Below, piece after piece: positions 27,659 through 37,195 of a DNA stretch of 64,000 nucleotides (within the stretch, counting starts at the first letter, position 1; each line of letters opens with the position of its first letter). Source of the stretch: an uncultured Flavonifractor sp. (GTDB taxonomy: Bacteria; Bacillota; Clostridia; Oscillospirales; Oscillospiraceae). The notes under the pieces were generated by a model. That model saw nothing but the letters and a program-made list of their open reading frames with translations, was not told where the DNA came from and did not search any database. The position numbers and the translations under genes were made by a program. Where the stretch lies: assembly GCA_947346365.1 (NCBI GenBank), contig CANAAV010000005.1, forward strand, positions 29,177 to 93,176, given 5' to 3'.

Positions 27659-28752
27659 GGGCAGCAGTCCTCCCCGTTCTCCAGCGCCGCCAGTCCAAAA
27701 CGCGCCGCCTGGAGCAGCTTTTCCCGCTCTGCGCCGTCTTGGGCGCTCTCCCACTGCGCCCGCAGCTCCCGCAGAAACAGTCCGGTCAGGTTGTCTTCCC
27801 CCGCCCGCTCCCACAAGTCCCGGGCCGGGCGGGTCCTGTCCCGCAGGACCAAAGTAAAGCACCTGCCTGCCCCCAGCCGTTCCAAGGCAGCCAGATCCGG
27901 CAGCTGCCGCCGTTCTCCCGTCAGTACAATCCGCAGGCAGTCCTGGCTCAGCTCCGGGCTCAAAACGGCCGTCAGAGCCTCCTCCGGCGATTCCGCCTCC
28001 GTCAGGTCCACGGTGAGCTGCTGGTACCGCCGGGCCGCCAGGGGAACAAACCGGGCGCTGACTGTCCCCCCGTCCAGGGTAACGGACAAAACTCCCTTGT
28101 CCCCCGTCTCGTCAAATCCCCGGCCCTCGGGACAGCCGGGATAAGCCCAGTAGGTCTCTCCCGCCTTTTGCAGGCCGGAGCAGGTATGCACATGTCCCAA
28201 GGCTAAATAGTCCAGCCCGCTCTGCGCGATATCTTCCAGCGCAATCGGACCGTACCGCCCGCGCTTTTCCACATTGCCGTGGAGCGCCATCAGGTGTATC
28301 TTCCCATCCTTTGGCGCGGCAAACCCCATCAGAGGGGACCGGTCCGCGTGGGGCGTGGTAAACGCCGCGCCATGAACCACGCACCCCAGTTGGGGCAGCT
28401 CCACCCCTTCCACCGCCACGGTGGAAAAAATATGTACATTGTCCGGCCAGGCCGTCCCGGCGTATACCGAGCGCTCCGACCAGAAATCGTGGTTTCCCGG
28501 CGCGATCAGCACCGGAACCCCCATCTGCTCCAGGGCCTGGGAGAGGGCCTGCACCGTGTCATAATAGGTCTCTCCGCTGTCCAGCAGATCGCCGGAGAGA
28601 AGCACCAGATCGGCTCCCTCGCTGTGCACCAGCTCCGTCAAACGGCCCAGCAGGGCCCGTTGCTCCTCCCGGCGGCGGCGTGAGAGCGCCGGCGGCAGGG
28701 CGGCAAAAGGGGCGTCCAGATGGAAATCCGCCCCATGGATCAGCTTTAGCAT
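27655..28752 (-). CDS. SbcD/YhaO-like metallophosphoesterase (DNA repair exonuclease)
   Basis: 365 aa; calcineurin-like motifs GDLHL-type (ADFHLD, GDLLD, GNHD). Confidence 0.8.
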   Translation of the reverse strand: MLKLIHGADFHLDAPFAALPPALSRRRREEQRALLGRLTELVHSEGADLVLLSGDLLDSGETYYDTVQALSQALEQMGVPVLIAPGNHDFWSERSVYAGTAWPDNVHIFSTVAVEGVELPQLGCVVHGAAFTTPHADRSPLMGFAAPKDGKIHLMALHGNVEKRGRYGPIALEDIAQSGLDYLALGHVHTCSGLQKAGETYWAYPGCPEGRGFDETGDKGVLSVTLDGGTVSARFVPLAARRYQQLTVDLTEAESPEEALTAVLSPELSQDCLRIVLTGERRQLPDLAALERLGAGRCFTLVLRDRTRPARDLWERAGEDNLTGLFLRELRAQWESAQDGAEREKLLQAARFGLAALENGEDCCP

Positions 28753-28788
28753 TGTCCATTCCTCTCTTGCATGGTATCGTGCGCGCCG

Positions 28789-29568
28789 CTATTGCGCCAG
28801 GTCCAGCCGCTCCACGCTGACGCAGCGCTTGGAGACGGTGTCAATCGAAAAAATCGCGCTCTCCAGCTTGCATGGGCCGGCGGCCGGCTCGAACCGGTGG
28901 GGCAGCCCGCCCAAAAAGCGGTTGATTGCCTGCTCCGGGCGGATACCCAGCACGCTCTGGACAGGCCCGGTCATCCCCACGTCGGTGATAAAGCCCAGTC
29001 CCTGGGGAAGCACCTGCGCGTCGGCGGTGGGCACGTGGGTGTGGGTCCCCCAAAGGGCCTGGACCCTGCCATCCAGATACCAGGCCATGGCCCCCTTTTC
29101 GCTGGTGGCTTCGGCATGAAAATCCACCGCCACCAGGTCGGCCTCCATGGTCTTCAGGGCCCGGTCAGCCGTTGTAAAGGGGTTTTCAAAATTGCAGTCC
29201 ATCTCGCACCGGCCGATGAGATTGATTACCCCAATGCGCAGGCCCTTGGGGCCCTCAAACACGCCCCAGCCCCGGCCCGGGACTCGGCTTGTATAGTTGG
29301 CCGGGCGGAGGGTATAGCGGTCCTCCTCCAAAAAGCCGGCAATCTGGAGGCGGTTCCAGGTGTGGTTGCCCAGGGTAATCACATCGGCTCCCGCGTCAAA
29401 GATGGCCCGGGCCTGCCTGGGCAGGATCCCCACCCCGGAGGCATTTTCGCCATTGACCACAGCAAAATGGATGTCCTTACGTTTTTTCAGCGGATGCAGG
29501 TGCCGGCTCAAATATTCCAGTCCGCCATCCCCCACCACATCGCCTACGGCTAAAATATTGCAGATCAT
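28789..29568 (-). CDS. ymdB: YmdB-family metallophosphoesterase (2',3'-cAMP phosphodiesterase-like)
   Basis: about 259 aa from ATG at comp(29566..29568); MICNILAVGDVVG N-terminus, GNHTWN and other YmdB (TIGR00282) motifs. Confidence 0.8.
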   Translation of the reverse strand: MICNILAVGDVVGDGGLEYLSRHLHPLKKRKDIHFAVVNGENASGVGILPRQARAIFDAGADVITLGNHTWNRLQIAGFLEEDRYTLRPANYTSRVPGRGWGVFEGPKGLRIGVINLIGRCEMDCNFENPFTTADRALKTMEADLVAVDFHAEATSEKGAMAWYLDGRVQALWGTHTHVPTADAQVLPQGLGFITDVGMTGPVQSVLGIRPEQAINRFLGGLPHRFEPAAGPCKLESAIFSIDTVSKRCVSVERLDLAQ

Positions 29569-29684
29569 AATTACGCATCCTCTCCCCGCCAAACGGCCGC
29601 CTTCACTCCTATGTTTCTTTCCTTCCGGAATCTATTATAATGCCTGCCGGTCAAAGCCGCAAGCCTTGAAATCTCCGCCGTCCC

Positions 29685-29746
29685 TAAGCCTTGTTTGAAA
29701 ATGGTCCACACGTCCAAAAGGCGGGTCTTTTTCAGACTAGGCCTAA
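29685..29746. repeat. truncated, inverted copy of the MITE-like repeat (plus a further TIR-like fragment at 29661-29675)
   Basis: CTAAGCCTTGTTTGAAAATGG..CCACACGTCCAAAAGGCGGGTCTTTTTC is the reverse complement of the right end of copy B; ends in CTAGGCCTAA. Confidence 0.65.
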
Positions 29747-29854
29747 CCGCCCGCCAAAATCATCTAAATATTTTATGAAATCTTACAAATTCTATTGACA
29801 ATCAAGCGATTGTATGTTATACTCAAGTCACCCTAAAGGAAGGAGGCGGTCCCC

Positions 29855-30412
29855 TTGAAGAGCCGCTTACCCGGTACGACAATTGAGATGGAGACGTCCC
29901 ACGCCGGCGGGGCGGAGGCGCTCCTCTCCCCCCTCTTCCTGGCGGGCGGGCTGACGCTCTCTCAAGTGGCGCAGCTGACGGGACTGGAACCCCATATGAT
30001 CCAGAACTGGGTCCGGCGGGGCTTTGTCTCCCCGCCGCGGCAAAAGCGGTATACCCGGCGGCAGTTTTCCCGTATCCTGATGATCGGGATGCTCCGGGGG
30101 TGCATGCAACTGGACAAGATCTGCTCGCTGCTCTCCTATGTCAACGGCGAGCTGAATGATGAGAGCGACGACATTATTGACGATTGGCAGCTCTACTGCT
30201 ATGCCTGCCGCCTGATCCAGCGCGCCCAGGGTCAAACCCTGGCGGGACAGGAGCAGAGGCGGCGGTGGTGTCGGGAAATTCTCGCTGATTATCAGGAGCC
30301 CTCTCCCGGCGCCCGGGAACGGGTGGAGCGCTGCCTGCACATCGTCCTGACGGCCTACCTGGCCGGCCAGCTGAAACAGGAGACGGACGAGCTGCTCTGC
30401 CGGCTGTCCTGA
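29855..30412 (+). CDS. MerR-like HTH / DUF1836-type protein
   Basis: 185 aa; TTG start 6 nt after AAGGAGGCGG; N-terminal LTLSQVAQLTGLEPHMIQNWVRRG helix-turn-helix. Confidence 0.5.
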   Translation: MKSRLPGTTIEMETSHAGGAEALLSPLFLAGGLTLSQVAQLTGLEPHMIQNWVRRGFVSPPRQKRYTRRQFSRILMIGMLRGCMQLDKICSLLSYVNGELNDESDDIIDDWQLYCYACRLIQRAQGQTLAGQEQRRRWCREILADYQEPSPGARERVERCLHIVLTAYLAGQLKQETDELLCRLS

Positions 30413-30514
30413 CGCGTCATCCACGGCGGCGCGCGTAAAGCGTGTTCAACCGGCCGCTGTGTTAATATAGGCGCTTTCCATTTAATTCAAGACAATCAGA
30501 GAGGAGGAGAGCTA

Positions 30515-31189
30515 ATGTCAGCTTGGTGGCAGACCCTGACCCCGCTGGAACACGTGCTGCTCTACATCGCCGTACCGGCCACCCTGGTGCTAGTGGTGCA
30601 GACCCTGCTGCTCTTTTTCAGCGGGGACATGGACAGCGAGGGCGGCCTGGACGGCGGAGCTGAGGTGGACCTGGATGGGGACGGTGTCCCAGACGCGGTT
30701 CTGCCCGACCCAGACGGCTGCGGCGACCCGCTGTCCCACCTGGACGCGGATGACGCGGACCCTCAGGACGCTCCCCCCGGACAGGGGCTGCACATTCTCA
30801 CTGTGCGGGGCGTAGTAGTCTTTCTCACCCTATTCGGGTGGGGAGCTCTGTGGCTGTGTCAGATCGGCCTTCCCGACTGGCTGGCCCTGTTTCTGGCGGT
30901 GCCCATCGGTCTGGCCGGCATGATCGGAGTAGCTTTCATTTTGCAGCAGGCCATGCGCCTGCAATATGACGGCACCCTGGACCTGCGCAACGCCCTGGGC
31001 CGGGAGGCGACGGTCTACCTGACCGTCCCTGCCTGCCGCAGCGGAACCGGCAAGGTCAACCTGATCATCCAGGACCAGCTGCGGGAGCTTGACGCCGTCA
31101 CTGACGAGGCCGCCCCCCTGCCCACCGGCTCCCAGGTAGTTGTAGAGGCCCTGTCCGGCGGCGAATCCCTGGTGGTCCGCCGGAAATAG
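30515..31189 (+). CDS. NfeD-family membrane protein (YuaF-like)
   Basis: 224 aa; TM segments plus C-terminal NfeD OB-fold (GREATVYLTV..GKVNLIIQDQ..VVVEALSGGESLVVRR); upstream of flotillin. Confidence 0.75.
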   Translation: MSAWWQTLTPLEHVLLYIAVPATLVLVVQTLLLFFSGDMDSEGGLDGGAEVDLDGDGVPDAVLPDPDGCGDPLSHLDADDADPQDAPPGQGLHILTVRGVVVFLTLFGWGALWLCQIGLPDWLALFLAVPIGLAGMIGVAFILQQAMRLQYDGTLDLRNALGREATVYLTVPACRSGTGKVNLIIQDQLRELDAVTDEAAPLPTGSQVVVEALSGGESLVVRRK

Positions 31190-31283
31190 TGCGGCAGAAC
31201 ACCCCCTGCCCCATTTTCCCTGCGCGTTTTCACAATATGGAACGGATGAAGAAGTAGGCAGACAGACGAAAAAGGAGGATTTT

Positions 31284-32717
31284 ATGTTCGAAAATATTTT
31301 TGGCATCCTGCTCACCTGCGTCATCGTGCTCATCGTGTTTTCCCTGCTGCTTTTCCTGGTGAAGCGGTATAAAAAATGCCCCTCGGATAAGGTCATGGTC
31401 ATCTACGGTAAGGTCGGCAGCAATAAGGACGGCTCCAGCAAGTCGGCAAAATGTATTCACGGCGGCGCGGCTTTCATCTGGCCCGTCATTCAGTCCTATG
31501 AATTTCTTGATCTGACGCCCCTGTCCATCTCCGTGGACCTGGAAAACGCCCTGTCCCGTCAGAACATCCGCATCAACGTCCCCAGCCGCTTCACTGTTGG
31601 CATCTCCACCGAGCCGGGCGTCATGCAAAACGCCGCCGAGCGTCTGCTGGGCCTGCGCCTTCAGGAAATCCAGGAGCTTGCCAAGGACATTATTTTCGGC
31701 CAGCTGCGTCTGGTCATCGCCACCATGGATATCGAGGAGATCAACACCGACCGGGATAAATTCCTGGAAGCGGTCTCCCGCAACGTGGAGGGCGAGCTGA
31801 AGAAGATCGGCCTGCGCCTGATTAACGTCAACGTCACCGACATTTCCGATGAGAGCGGCTATATCGACGCCCTGGGCAAAGAGGCCGCCGCCAAGGCCAT
31901 CAACGACGCCAAGAAGAACGTGGCGGAGAAGGACCGCGACGGCTCCATCGGCGAGGCCCAGGCCCGCCGGGACCAGCGCATCCAGGTCGCCCAGGCGGAC
32001 GCCACCGCCATCCAGGGTGAAAACGCCTCCAAGGTGGAGGTCGCCATGTCCAACGCCCAGCGCCGGGAAAAGGAGGCCGAGGCCACCCGCATCGCCACCG
32101 CCGCGGAGAAGATCGCCTCCGCCCAGGCGCTGGAAGAGGCCTACGCCGCCGAGCAAAAGGCCGAAGCCGCCCGCGCCGCCCGTGAAAAGGCCACCCAGGA
32201 GGCGGACATCATCGTCAAGACCGAGATTGACAAGCGCCGCCGGGAGTTGGAGGCCGAAGCGGAAGCCGAGCAGATCCGCCGCAAGGCCCGCGGCGAGGCC
32301 GACGCCATACTCTCCAAAATGCAGGCCGAGGCCGCCGGCGCTCAGGCCATTCTGGTCAAGCAGGCGGAGGGCCTGCGAGAGGTAGTCTCCGCCGCCGGCG
32401 GGGATGCGGAGAGCGCCGTACGCCTGATGCTGGCTGACAAGATGGAAGAGCTCATGCGCATCCAGGTAGACGCTGTGAAGGGGGTCAAGATCGACAAGGT
32501 CACCGTCTGGGACTCCGGCGAGGGCCGGGACGGCAAGACCGCAACGGCGGGCTTTGTCTCCGGACTGATGAAGTCCATCCCCCCGATGAACGAGATGTTC
32601 CAGATGGCGGGCATGGACTTGCCCTCCTTCCTTGGAAAGGAGCGTCCCGCCGGGGAAGCCCAGCCCCCGGAAGCCCCTGCCCAGGCTCTTGACGCCCCGG
32701 AAGCGCCTCAAGCCTAA
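31284..32717 (+). CDS. floT: flotillin (SPFH/band 7, FloT-like)
   Basis: 477 aa; N-terminal TM, SPFH domain, long EA-rich flotillin repeat region. Confidence 0.85.
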   Translation: MFENIFGILLTCVIVLIVFSLLLFLVKRYKKCPSDKVMVIYGKVGSNKDGSSKSAKCIHGGAAFIWPVIQSYEFLDLTPLSISVDLENALSRQNIRINVPSRFTVGISTEPGVMQNAAERLLGLRLQEIQELAKDIIFGQLRLVIATMDIEEINTDRDKFLEAVSRNVEGELKKIGLRLINVNVTDISDESGYIDALGKEAAAKAINDAKKNVAEKDRDGSIGEAQARRDQRIQVAQADATAIQGENASKVEVAMSNAQRREKEAEATRIATAAEKIASAQALEEAYAAEQKAEAARAAREKATQEADIIVKTEIDKRRRELEAEAEAEQIRRKARGEADAILSKMQAEAAGAQAILVKQAEGLREVVSAAGGDAESAVRLMLADKMEELMRIQVDAVKGVKIDKVTVWDSGEGRDGKTATAGFVSGLMKSIPPMNEMFQMAGMDLPSFLGKERPAGEAQPPEAPAQALDAPEAPQA

Positions 32718-32870
32718 CGTCATATCCCTATGGACCCTGCGGGCCGCGCTGCGGCCCGCAGGGTTTTGTCCTCTTCTGCTGAAATCCGTCTGATTTCCCC
32801 TCTTGCTTTTCTGTAATAAAGTGCGTAAAATAAAATTCTGCATGATTTTAAAATGAGGAAGTGGACGTCC

Positions 32871-33593
32871 ATGGACCGTAAAACCCTCTCCGCCGCCTTC
32901 TCCGTGACTATCCCCGTGCTGATGGGCTATCTGGCCATCGGCATCGCTTTTGGGCTGATGCTTCAGGAGATCGGCTACAACTTTATCTGGGCCTTCTTCA
33001 TGAGCCTGAGCATTTACGCCGGCTCCGGGCAGTACCTGGGGGTCACCCTGCTCTCCACCTGCGCGGGGCTGGGGACGGTGGCGCTGATGACCCTGCTCAT
33101 CAATTTCCGCCACTTGGTTTACGGTCTGTCCATGCTGGAAAAATTTCGGGGCATGGGCTGGCGCAAGCTGTATATGATTTTCTCTCTCACGGATGAGACC
33201 TATGCCCTGCTCGCCTCCGCTCAGGCCCCGGCGGGCGTAGAGCCCAAAAGGTTTTACTTTGCCATCGCCCTGCTGGACCACAGCTACTGGATTTTGGGCT
33301 CAGTCATCGGCGCGGTAGCCGGGGCGCTGATCCCCCTTGATACCACCGGCATTGATTTTGCCATGACCGCGCTGTTCATCGTCATCGCCATCGACCAGTG
33401 GCAGTCCTGCTCCAAGCACCTGCCCGCCCTGCTGGGTACGGGCGCCACTGCCGTATTTTTGATCGGACTGGGCGCTTTGTGGGGACAGCAGCAGATGCTC
33501 CTGGTCTCCCTGGGCGTCATTGTGCTTGCCCTGCTGCTCCTGCGGGAGCGGCTGGACCCATCTCAACCGGGAGAGGAGGACCTGCCATGCTGA
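32871..33593 (+). CDS. azlC: branched-chain amino acid exporter AzlC
   Basis: about 240 aa from ATG 32871 (GAGGAAGTGGA RBS); AzlC family TM pattern; azlD immediately downstream with ATGCTGA overlap. Confidence 0.8.
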   Translation: MDRKTLSAAFSVTIPVLMGYLAIGIAFGLMLQEIGYNFIWAFFMSLSIYAGSGQYLGVTLLSTCAGLGTVALMTLLINFRHLVYGLSMLEKFRGMGWRKLYMIFSLTDETYALLASAQAPAGVEPKRFYFAIALLDHSYWILGSVIGAVAGALIPLDTTGIDFAMTALFIVIAIDQWQSCSKHLPALLGTGATAVFLIGLGALWGQQQMLLVSLGVIVLALLLLRERLDPSQPGEEDLPC

Positions 33594-33919
33594 CTCCTGC
33601 CTCCGCCGCCGCCTCCATTGCGGTCATGGCTGCTGTAACCTTTCTCACCCGGGCTCTCCCTTTCCTGCTCTTCGACCGGGGGGAGCGTCCCCCCAAGCTG
33701 GTGCTCTACCTGGGCCGGGTGCTTCCCCCCGCCGTCATCGCCATGCTGGTAGTCTACTGCCTGCGGACGACCTCCTTCTCATCCCCGGCTCTCTGGGTCC
33801 CCCAGGCCGCCGCTTCCGCCGCGGTGGTGTTTCTTCATCTCTGGAGGCACAACAATCTCCTGTCTATTTTCGGCGGGACCATCCTCTACATGGTTTTGGT
33901 GCAGGCGGTATTTTCATAG
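33587..33919 (+). CDS. azlD: branched-chain amino acid exporter AzlD
   Basis: 110 aa hydrophobic protein from ATG 33587 overlapping azlC stop. Confidence 0.75.
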   Translation: MLTPASAAASIAVMAAVTFLTRALPFLLFDRGERPPKLVLYLGRVLPPAVIAMLVVYCLRTTSFSSPALWVPQAAASAAVVFLHLWRHNNLLSIFGGTILYMVLVQAVFS

Positions 33920-33924
33920 CGGCA

Positions 33925-33962
33925 GCGTTATGGCAGGGGCCCGGTTTGACAGCCGGGCCCCT
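33925..33962 (+). terminator. intrinsic terminator after azlD
   Basis: CAGGGGCCCGGTTTGACAGCCGGGCCCCTG hairpin followed by T-containing tail. Confidence 0.5.
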
Positions 33963-34048
33963 GGTGCTTTCAAAAATCCCATCAAATTTTGCCATTTTCG
34001 CTTCCTCAGAAAGAAATTTAACAGTTTTCTTATTTTCCCGGCAGATTT

Positions 34049-34056
34049 GCCGATAT
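34049..34056 (+). promoter_or_regulatory. sigma-28/sigma-D-type -10 element (GCCGATAT) upstream of flgM
   Basis: exact match to the sigma-D -10 consensus GCCGATAT about 60 nt upstream of flgM; -35 TAAA element not cleanly placed. Confidence 0.4.
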
Positions 34057-34116
34057 TAATAAATGAAGTAGAAGATTAGCCCGAGGGATGTAATAGGAAA
34101 AGGGTGTGAGATATAA

Positions 34117-34425
34117 GTGCTGACTTCTTCTGGATATTCCGCGATCTCTCCGGTCGCCCCGGCAAACGCCTACCGTACCGGCACGGAGCGCGGCCGCCGT
34201 GCCGCCGCCAAAGCGTTAACCAAATATGACAGCGTCACTCTCTCCGGCCTGCCCACAAAGGAAAGCCGTTTTCGCATGGAGCTGGCCGGCCGGCTGACCC
34301 AAGAGGTGCGCACCGCCACCACCACCGGCGACATTCACGCCCTGCGCCAGCAGGTCTCTGAGGGAACTTACGTTCCTGATCCCATGGCGATTGCGGCGCG
34401 GATGATGCTGCTGGGGGAGGGCTGA
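34117..34425 (+). CDS. flgM: anti-sigma-28 factor FlgM
   Basis: 102 aa; C-terminal FlgM signature (IHALRQQVSEGTYVPDPMAIAARMM); GTG start; position before flgN-flgK-flgL. Confidence 0.7.
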   Translation: MLTSSGYSAISPVAPANAYRTGTERGRRAAAKALTKYDSVTLSGLPTKESRFRMELAGRLTQEVRTATTTGDIHALRQQVSEGTYVPDPMAIAARMMLLGEG

Positions 34426-34427
34426 GC

Positions 34428-34901
34428 ATGGAACAGCTCTACCTGGCCTATCTGGCCCTGCTGGGGGAACTCAGCAACAGCCTGGACCAGCTTGCCGGCC
34501 TGGCAAAGCAAAAGAACACCGCCATCCGCAAGGATGATCTGCTGGCCCTGGACCAGGTGCTCAATCAGGAGCAGGCCATGTCTCTGGCCCTGCGGGGGCA
34601 GGAGCAGAAACGCGCCAAGCTGCTCAGGGAGCTTGGACTGGAGGACGTCCCCCTGTCGGGGCTCAGCGAGCGGTATCCCCCCAGCCTGAAGAACCGGGCC
34701 AAGCAGGCCGCCGAAAGCCTGCGGCGCAGCTACGACGTTTACCGCTGCGCCGCCGAGGTGGCCCGGACCACGCTGGAGTGCAATCTCCATGAACTGGATA
34801 AGATTGTATCCGGCATGGGCGGCGCGCCTGCGCCTAAGACCGGCTACAGCCCCGCTGGCGCGGCCCCGCCCCCCAATATGAGAACTGATTTCCGCGCCTG
34901 A
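34428..34901 (+). CDS. flgN: FlgN-family flagellar export chaperone
   Basis: 157 aa helical protein in the conserved yvyG/flgN position between flgM and flgK; GGGGGAGGG RBS. Confidence 0.55.
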   Translation: MEQLYLAYLALLGELSNSLDQLAGLAKQKNTAIRKDDLLALDQVLNQEQAMSLALRGQEQKRAKLLRELGLEDVPLSGLSERYPPSLKNRAKQAAESLRRSYDVYRCAAEVARTTLECNLHELDKIVSGMGGAPAPKTGYSPAGAAPPPNMRTDFRA

Positions 34902-34942
34902 GCAGTCCGGCGCGCTGAGCACATGTTAAGGAGTATTTGCAT

Positions 34943-37180
34943 ATGAGTTCTGTAGGCACATTTGGAACCTTTACCACCGCCAGGCTGGGTATCTGGGCCT
35001 CCCAGAAGGGCCTGAGCGTAACGGGCAACAACATCGCCAATATCAATACGATCGGCTACACCCGCCAGCGTCTGGAGCAGTCCAGCCTGAAGACCGGCGG
35101 TGCCGACCGCTACGCCAATAAATACGACGTGCAGGTGGGCCAGGGTGTTTTGTGCACCGGCGTGTCCCAGATCCGGGACCCCTACCTGGATATCCGCTAC
35201 CGTACGGAGATGTCCAGCGCGGGGTATATGGACACCACTCTGAGCACCCTCAACGACCTGGCCGCCATTCTGGATGAGGTCGGCGACGGCACTGACGGCT
35301 ACGGCATTATTTCCGCCAATTTTGACAGCTTTATTAAGTGCCTGACTACTCTCGGAAACGGCGCCGGCCAGGCTGACCGGGAGATCCAGCTGCGGGCAGC
35401 GGCCAAGGAGCTGGCGGCCAGCTTCAACAAATATGCTGACAAGCTCCAAACGCTCAAGGAGAACAAGGAGCTGGGCCTGCGCAAGGACGTGGACAAGGTC
35501 AATACCATTTTGAACAATATCCGGGAGCTGAATACCGCCATCCGCAAAAGTGAAATCCATGGGGACAACGCCCTGGAGATGCGGGACGAACGGAATCTGC
35601 TGATCGACGAGCTGTCTGAATACGTCAAGATCAACGTGGTCTATACCATGGAGGACGTCGGCGCAGGGCGCCAGGTGGAAAAGCTGACCATCAGCCTGGG
35701 CGACGCCAACCCCCAGCTCTCCGATACGGACGAAGCCGTGCTGGTAAACGGCCAGTACGCCGCTCAGTTTGTCACCCCCAAGCTCAACCCTGACTACGGC
35801 AGCACCGATCCCAATAAAGCGGATTTGAAGGATTTCAAGTATCTGGATGAAAACGGCGACGGCACCAACGATATTCTGGATGCCAAGCAGGAATTCGACG
35901 AGAACTATAATCTGGGCATCTCCAAGCTGCTGGACAGCAAGGGCCGGGAATGGAAGGAGTTTAAGGAGCAGCCTTTGACCCTTACTCCGGAGCAAAAGGC
36001 CGCTCTGGACGCCGACGGCGAGCTCTCCATCGACAATGGGGACGGCACCCGCACCCTGATCACCGGCATAAAAGATGCGCTTCGCGAAGTCAAGGATAAC
36101 GCCGGCACTGTCATCGGCTATACCGGCGTCTTCACCACCACCACTTACAGCACCGTCATCGAACAGTTTGACGACAACGACCTGTATGGGCGGCTTCAGG
36201 CCAGCCGCGAGCTGCTCACCGAGGAGGGAGAATTCGCCAGCACGGCGGATATTGCCGTTGACGAAAAGGCTGCCACCAAACGGGGCATCCCCTATTATCA
36301 AAAGTCCCTGGACCTGCTGGCAAGGCAGTTTGCCAAGACCATTAACGAGGCAAACAACGGCTATCTGGTGGACGAAAACGGAAACTATCTGAAAAATACC
36401 GGCACTGACGAAAAGCCCGTCTACACCACTCTGGACGAAATTACCTACCGCAAGGATGCGAACGGCTGGATCTCCCTGACCAACGCCGGCGCCACGGGAG
36501 ACGATGTTTTTACCTTTAAGCCCAACAGCAAAATGACTGATGACCAGCTGGAGGCTTTCCAGCTGAAGTACAACATCCTAGGTAACATTACTCAGAAGGA
36601 CGTCATAGATACCCTGGTCGCTGCGGGGGAGATCAAGCCCGTCGGCGGCAACTTGTTCAGCATCCGCAACGATCTGGATACCGACGAGGGCATCAACGCC
36701 AGCAACATCTCTATCTCTGACAAGTGGTCCACCGGCGCGATCCATGTGGTGCCCACTTTCATAAAGCCCTTCGACAGCACGTTGGAAAACTCCACCCAGT
36801 CCGACAACATCACCCATATGCTCTCTTTGATGGATAAGGATCTGGTCTATAACCCCAAGGACTGGAGTCTGAACCCCGCCGATCCGGATATTGCCCAGAG
36901 CGAGCACCTGTTTAACGGCTCCTTTACCGAGATGCTCAATAATATGTTTACCGTTTTGGGCGGCGACCAGCGCTACGCCACCAATATGCTCAACAACTTT
37001 GCCGAAGCGGCCACCGAGTTGGACTCCAGCCGGGACGGCGTCTCCGGCGTGGACCTCAACGACGAGGCTATGAGTCTGATGCAGTATTCCAAATCTCTCA
37101 ATGCCGCCTACCGCCTGATGACCACCATTGACGAGGCTCTGGACCGTCTGATTAATAATACCGGCGTTGTCGGCAGATAA
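34943..37180 (+). CDS. flgK: flagellar hook-associated protein 1 FlgK
   Basis: about 745 aa from ATG 34943 (AAGGAG RBS 9 nt upstream); flagellin-like N-terminal (GLSVTGNNIANINTIGYTRQ) and C-terminal helices. Confidence 0.9.
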   Translation: MSSVGTFGTFTTARLGIWASQKGLSVTGNNIANINTIGYTRQRLEQSSLKTGGADRYANKYDVQVGQGVLCTGVSQIRDPYLDIRYRTEMSSAGYMDTTLSTLNDLAAILDEVGDGTDGYGIISANFDSFIKCLTTLGNGAGQADREIQLRAAAKELAASFNKYADKLQTLKENKELGLRKDVDKVNTILNNIRELNTAIRKSEIHGDNALEMRDERNLLIDELSEYVKINVVYTMEDVGAGRQVEKLTISLGDANPQLSDTDEAVLVNGQYAAQFVTPKLNPDYGSTDPNKADLKDFKYLDENGDGTNDILDAKQEFDENYNLGISKLLDSKGREWKEFKEQPLTLTPEQKAALDADGELSIDNGDGTRTLITGIKDALREVKDNAGTVIGYTGVFTTTTYSTVIEQFDDNDLYGRLQASRELLTEEGEFASTADIAVDEKAATKRGIPYYQKSLDLLARQFAKTINEANNGYLVDENGNYLKNTGTDEKPVYTTLDEITYRKDANGWISLTNAGATGDDVFTFKPNSKMTDDQLEAFQLKYNILGNITQKDVIDTLVAAGEIKPVGGNLFSIRNDLDTDEGINASNISISDKWSTGAIHVVPTFIKPFDSTLENSTQSDNITHMLSLMDKDLVYNPKDWSLNPADPDIAQSEHLFNGSFTEMLNNMFTVLGGDQRYATNMLNNFAEAATELDSSRDGVSGVDLNDEAMSLMQYSKSLNAAYRLMTTIDEALDRLINNTGVVGR

Positions 37181-37195
37181 GGAGGCTGACTGAAT

